Below, piece by piece: positions 59,494 to 64,000 of a stretch of 64,000 nucleotides of DNA. The position numbers were made by a program, and so were the translations under genes. The stretch is taken from contig OZ251226.1 in the NCBI GenBank assembly GCA_965240325.2, positions 2,294,001-2,358,000 of the forward strand, given 5' to 3'. The notes under the pieces are model-generated. The model was not told where the DNA came from and searched no databases. It worked only from the letters and a program-made list of their open reading frames with translations. This DNA comes from Rebecca billardiae RCC1528 (taxonomy: Eukaryota; Protista; Haptophyta). The stretch's first letter is position 1. Each line of letters begins with the position of its first letter.

Positions 59494-61524
59494 ATGGAGC
59501 TGCACAACGCACGACGCCTGGGCGTATCGTTGTCCAAGCGGGGGCGACGTCCCGCGGCCAATGAGATCGAGCATACGTGTGCGACCACTCGCACGCGAGT
59601 CGCCGTCGCCTCGGCGGCCGTTGTCGCGCTCGTGCTCGTCGCAGCCGCCGGCCTGTCGCTCGAGATGCCCGCGCTCGGACCAGTCTCCAACTGGCTGACG
59701 GCGAGGGGAGGAGTGGGCACGCAGCTCCCGGAGATGCTTCGTAATACCCCACCGGCCCGCAGTGACTCGTCCCCTTCCGAGCTCCTCCGTCCTGATGCGA
59801 ACCGCTCGGACGGCTGCGACGAGCCAGCGCCTGCGCCTGCGCAGCCTGGCCGTACCATCCGCAAACCGAGCTCACGCTGTGGAGGCGGCGCCCGGCCCTA
59901 CGAGAGCTTCAGATCACCACCGGCCGGCCGCGACCCATCGACCGCCGTGCTTCGGCCGGAGCCCGCGGGCGCGGGTGCGGGCGCGTGGCAGCTGCTGAGC
60001 AACGAATCGATTGCAGCGCTCACCGGCAGCCAGCTGCCTGCGCAGCCAGGCCAGCCTCGCGCGGCTTCCGCGCCGCCGCGCGCTCTGACGCCCTGCTTGG
60101 CCAAGCTGCAGGCGATGCGCCGGAAGCGCTCGGGCCTCGTCCTGACCGCCCCCGATCGGGCCGGCGCCGGGCGCAACGCGACGGCGGCCGCCCGCGCCGC
60201 CGCGCCGACGTGTGCGGTCGTCGGCTCGTCAGATGTGCTGCGGCTGCACGCTATGGTCGCGCCGGCGCAGCTCGCGCACGAGATCGACGGGCACGACGTG
60301 ATCCTGCGCGTGAACCACGCGCCTGCGCGCGGGTACGAGACCACCGTCGGCGCGCGCACCACCTATCGCGTGGTGAACCACGTGCCCCTTGAGCAGTGGC
60401 TCCTGCCGCGCACGCGCCGGCGGTCCGAGTTTGCCGAGGACGTGTGCGACGTGCGCACAGGCGACGTCGAGCGCGAGTGCCTGTATCGCGAGAAGCTCGC
60501 GCAGCGGCTGGTGCCGCTCCGGCGGTACGCGGCGCGTGACGGCGGGTCCGCCACGCGGCACATCGGGCGCGAGCTCATCGCGCTCGAGGACGCGTGCACG
60601 CGCGCCGTCTCGCGCCCGCCTCTGTCGGGCGGCTTTGTGGCGGCGCTCGTGGCCGTGCAGGGCGGGTGCCAGCTGCCCGTCTCCCTGTATGGCTTCTACC
60701 CGTTCTGCTGCCACGCGCGCCCGCTGCGCGAGATGCGGTACAAGTACTACCACGGCGACTCGACGCGCTGGGTGTGCTGCCACGCCGGGCGCGAGAAGAT
60801 GGAGGAGGAATACTCGCTCTTCGAGGCGATGGCCAAGCGCGGCCTCGTGCGGCTGCGCGGCTCTCCGCCGCTCGCGAGCGTGCGGCCGCAGTGCTCGGCG
60901 CACGCGGACGCGCGTGTGGGCGTCGAGGCGGCCGCGCGCGAGCGTGACGGCCGCGCGCCCTCGCAGCCCGCGCTCAGTGGGGGCTACGTCGAGCACAGCG
61001 ACTCGGCGGTGCGACTGGCGGACATCGACTGCCCTCGGCAGTCGCTCGACGGCTCGCGCTGCGTGTGCCGCACGTGCGCCGGGCTGGCGGCGCGCGTGTG
61101 CGACGAGCTGGGTGATGCGTGCGCGGGCTTCGAGGTGAGCGCCGAGACCCCGACGATCGCCACGCTCAAGGGCGCCGTGCGCGGCGCGTTGGTCCCGCGC
61201 AAGCGCACCGTCGTCTTCGAGCGGCGCGGTGACGCGGCTGGCGCGCAGCCGGTGTCGCTCGCATCGGCCCCAGGGTACACGCTGCGCGCGGACGCTAGTG
61301 TCCCCCAGCATGACTTTGAGTGCCCGCGCGAGCTGGGGACGGCCTCTGTCGCCGTCAGCCGCGGCGCGTGCGTCGTGTGCGCCGCCGAGGCGCCACGCGC
61401 ATGCAATCGCACGGCGGCGTGCGCTGGGTTCGTCGTGAATAAGGAGGGAGTCCTTGCCACGCTCAAGGCAGGGCCGCTGCGCATGACCAAGGTCAAAGGC
61501 CCCACGGCATTCGTGAAGCATTGA
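59494..61524 (+). CDS. GT29 sialyltransferase-like type II membrane protein with a Cys-rich C-terminal extension
   Basis: N-terminal TM segment. Sialylmotif L (CAVVGSS...EIDGHDVILRVNHAP..GYETTVGARTT), motif S (PLSGGF...C..VSLYGF) and YKYY. Confidence 0.85.
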   Translation: MELHNARRLGVSLSKRGRRPAANEIEHTCATTRTRVAVASAAVVALVLVAAAGLSLEMPALGPVSNWLTARGGVGTQLPEMLRNTPPARSDSSPSELLRPDANRSDGCDEPAPAPAQPGRTIRKPSSRCGGGARPYESFRSPPAGRDPSTAVLRPEPAGAGAGAWQLLSNESIAALTGSQLPAQPGQPRAASAPPRALTPCLAKLQAMRRKRSGLVLTAPDRAGAGRNATAAARAAAPTCAVVGSSDVLRLHAMVAPAQLAHEIDGHDVILRVNHAPARGYETTVGARTTYRVVNHVPLEQWLLPRTRRRSEFAEDVCDVRTGDVERECLYREKLAQRLVPLRRYAARDGGSATRHIGRELIALEDACTRAVSRPPLSGGFVAALVAVQGGCQLPVSLYGFYPFCCHARPLREMRYKYYHGDSTRWVCCHAGREKMEEEYSLFEAMAKRGLVRLRGSPPLASVRPQCSAHADARVGVEAAARERDGRAPSQPALSGGYVEHSDSAVRLADIDCPRQSLDGSRCVCRTCAGLAARVCDELGDACAGFEVSAETPTIATLKGAVRGALVPRKRTVVFERRGDAAGAQPVSLASAPGYTLRADASVPQHDFECPRELGTASVAVSRGACVVCAAEAPRACNRTAACAGFVVNKEGVLATLKAGPLRMTKVKGPTAFVKH

Positions 61525-62255
61525 GCTGCTAATAGCCGCCTATAAGTAGAATATATATATATATATTATTTTATTTTATTAATGTATACCGTTGGTAATA
61601 ACTAATTTAACGACGTCGACGTGCCATGCTTCAAGTTCCTTAGTTCCGCAACGGGCAGGTTGTCTGACGGAACCGTCAGCCGTCAGTCAGCGACTCTCAG
61701 CGTCGCAGTTTGACAGCACTAGGCCACTAGCCGTGTAGCAGCAGATCGGCCAGATCGGGCAGTCTCAGAGACAAACACCAGGACCAGCAGCGCTCCTCTC
61801 CGTCATCCCCACCGGCCTCGTAATCGCCCATCACTCCATCGCCAAGCGGAAGCCCCTGGCAACGCACCGTCGGGCGTCGACGCGCGCGCGCCACTGCAGT
61901 GCCCCCCCCGCCCCCGCTCGCCCCGTCCGGTAGTCGCGGTGCCACGCGTCGTCAGCCGCTGTCTCGAAGTAGTCGTCGTGCGCAGCGCCCCCGCGGGCGC
62001 GTGCCCCCTGGCGCACGTGCGCCATGCGCGCGCGGGCGATGAGCATCTTGGCCTGGCCACGCAGGCAGCACATGCCCAGCTCGCGCCGCATGGTGCCGAG
62101 CAGCGCGCGTTCGGCGGCGGGGCGCGAGGACGGAGGGTGCGCTGCTAACTAAGGCGCGCGCGGGCCCACGTGTCCCGCCGCATCTTGGCGATCTTCTTGA
62201 GGGTGAGGTCCACCTCCGCGCTTCACTCGCCGAACGCCCCAACGACCGAATCGGG

Positions 62256-62302
62256 ACGATACGATACGATACAATACGATACGATACGATACGATACGAT
62301 AC
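62256..62302. repeat. (GATAC)n microsatellite
   Basis: Directly visible. Confidence 0.95.
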
Positions 62303-63151
62303 TGCTGCTAATAATGATGTAGTCGTCAAGCTGCATGGTCGATGTGATGAGTACTGCTGACGAGTGCTTCCCAGAATTCTCGGCCCGTTACGTGCCTCGC
62401 GTACGGTCTAGTACTAGTAGCAGTAGCGTACTCAGCACCTACTGACAGCGTCTGACGGCACTGTCGCGTGGCTTATCGGTCCGGGCCCGCGTATACTAAC
62501 AGTAACAGTAACACGTCGGACGCCGGGGCCCGGGCCCCGCGGGCCCGGCCCCGGGCCGCCCGTTTTGAAATTATTGCCGGCAGCGTCACTACCGCAGTAG
62601 CCCGCACTTGGTAATATATATATATATACTGTCACGGTCGGCGGACCGGCAGCGTCGTCGGACTGCGCGCGCGCTACTAATCATCGGCGTCAACACGGTT
62701 ACGTCTGCAGAAGTGTGATGCATGATGATGCGCCGGGACTCGGTGTCACTCGACTCTCGAGGCTCTGGGACCGCCGGCCGCGTCCGGGCGACCCGGGGGG
62801 CGCCCGTCAGCGGCTGTTAATTGCTCGTCGTTGCTGTCCCACTGGCCGATGCCGCTTCAGTGTTGTCATCCTCGGATGCGTGCACGCCGTGCTCAAAGCG
62901 CCGCGCTGGCCCTCCTCGAGCTGCGTCGCGCATCGGAAGGGTTGTCACTGATTGACAGACAGCAGACCGGAGACCCCGGCAACTACAGCCGCTTGCATCA
63001 GCTGGACTGAGCAGGCGCAGAGCAGGGCCGTCACGCGACGCCGGAGCTGGAGAACCTGCGCGAGGACGAGAGAACGCAGCGAGAGCCCGCCTGCGCACTA
63101 TGCGCTGCGCGTCGGGCAGCTCAGACCCTGGGCTTCTCGGCCAGGCACCCC

Positions 63152-63676
63152 TCACGCGGACATGGACGGATCGGGAGCAATGGATGATGTCAACCCCATC
63201 TTCTGCAGGCCCGTGCAGTACTGCTTCGCCATCTGCTTCCACGTGGTGGTGACGGTGGCGATGCCCGACATGTGCGCCTCGACAGTGATCTTGAATGCCT
63301 TCTTGCGGCTCACCGTCTTCACCACCTTGGTGATCGCCATCGACACGTAATCGAATGTGTGCACGTCATCGTTGTGCAGGAGCACCCGCCAGATGGGCTC
63401 CTTGTCCACCTGCTCCTTTCGCTCGGTCTCAACGTCCGGTTTGACTTTGTCGATCGTCACGACGCGCGAGCTCTTTCGCTCCTGCTCCCGTGCCGAGTCA
63501 GACGCCCGTGGGTCGATCACCATCTGCACGCCGCGTGCCGCCACCGCTACGCGCGACGCTGGTCGCGCTGCCACAGGTCGGCCCGTGGCGAGTGTTCCGG
63601 GCGAGCGCGAGGATGCGCAGAGCCCAACCACAGACAGAAGCAGGGCGCCCCTCGCGACGGCAGCCAGAGTCGGCAT
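63152..63676 (-). CDS. clpS: ATP-dependent Clp protease adaptor ClpS, probably plastid-targeted
   Basis: WRVLLHNDDVHTFDYV...AFKITVEAHMSGIATV; signal-plus-transit presequence. Confidence 0.93.
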   Translation of the reverse strand: MPTLAAVARGALLLSVVGLCASSRSPGTLATGRPVAARPASRVAVAARGVQMVIDPRASDSAREQERKSSRVVTIDKVKPDVETERKEQVDKEPIWRVLLHNDDVHTFDYVSMAITKVVKTVSRKKAFKITVEAHMSGIATVTTTWKQMAKQYCTGLQKMGLTSSIAPDPSMSA

Positions 63677-64000
63677 CCTTGCCGGAAATGTCACCGTCCG
63701 TCCCGAAGTCGCTGTGGTCACGGAGATGCCACCACGGCCACCCAAATCAAAGATGGCGCCCAGGAGACCACGTGTTCGAGACGCGTTTGACGAGACGCGT
63801 CATCAAATGATCATTCCGCGATTCATAATTGCGCCGACGATTAATTTTAATTCAACGATGCGATGGGCGATGGCTGCTCCAGGCCGACGACAAATCGACA
63901 ATGGCGAGCAGCCGAAGCTGAAGAGTGACGGCGCGCCGCGCGCTGGTCGTATCCGCCTGAGGCTGCGGTGGTCTCAGCAAGCTGCTACGATGGCGAGGAC

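Noticed and set aside
61727-62230. GC-rich patch that may be a gene fragment
   Set aside because: No coherent ORF or homology that I can recognise.

Overview
This is eukaryotic nuclear DNA with very high GC in genes, short GC-rich spliceosomal introns and several proteins with signal-plus-transit presequences. It is consistent with an alga bearing a complex plastid, probably a haptophyte such as Pavlovales (inference only). I can support about 19 protein-coding genes: a hybrid histidine kinase, a large alpha/beta-hydrolase-fold protein, a SET-domain LSMT-like protein, mitochondrial L15, VPS35, SPT16, a PP2C-cNMP-pseudokinase, a kinase-PDZ protein, a two-repeat Myb, FANCI, RAD9, ALDH6, NAE1, a PAQR receptor, a GT29 sialyltransferase-like protein, ClpS and three hypotheticals. 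Ten of these form five tight head-to-head pairs, separated by AT-richer spacers. The main oddities are non-coding: (i) repeat copies in the spacers differ largely by short tandem or palindromic insertions, as if a footprint-generating process works on intergenic DNA; (ii) a ~750-bp element bounded by palindromic hairpin termini in a flip/flop-like arrangement; (iii) a 1.5-kb near-perfect palindrome; (iv) intron ends that are reverse complements of each other (GTGCGCG...CGCGCAG); (v) several TIR, MITE and Helitron-like remnants. Exon boundaries were inferred by eye and are not validated by transcripts.
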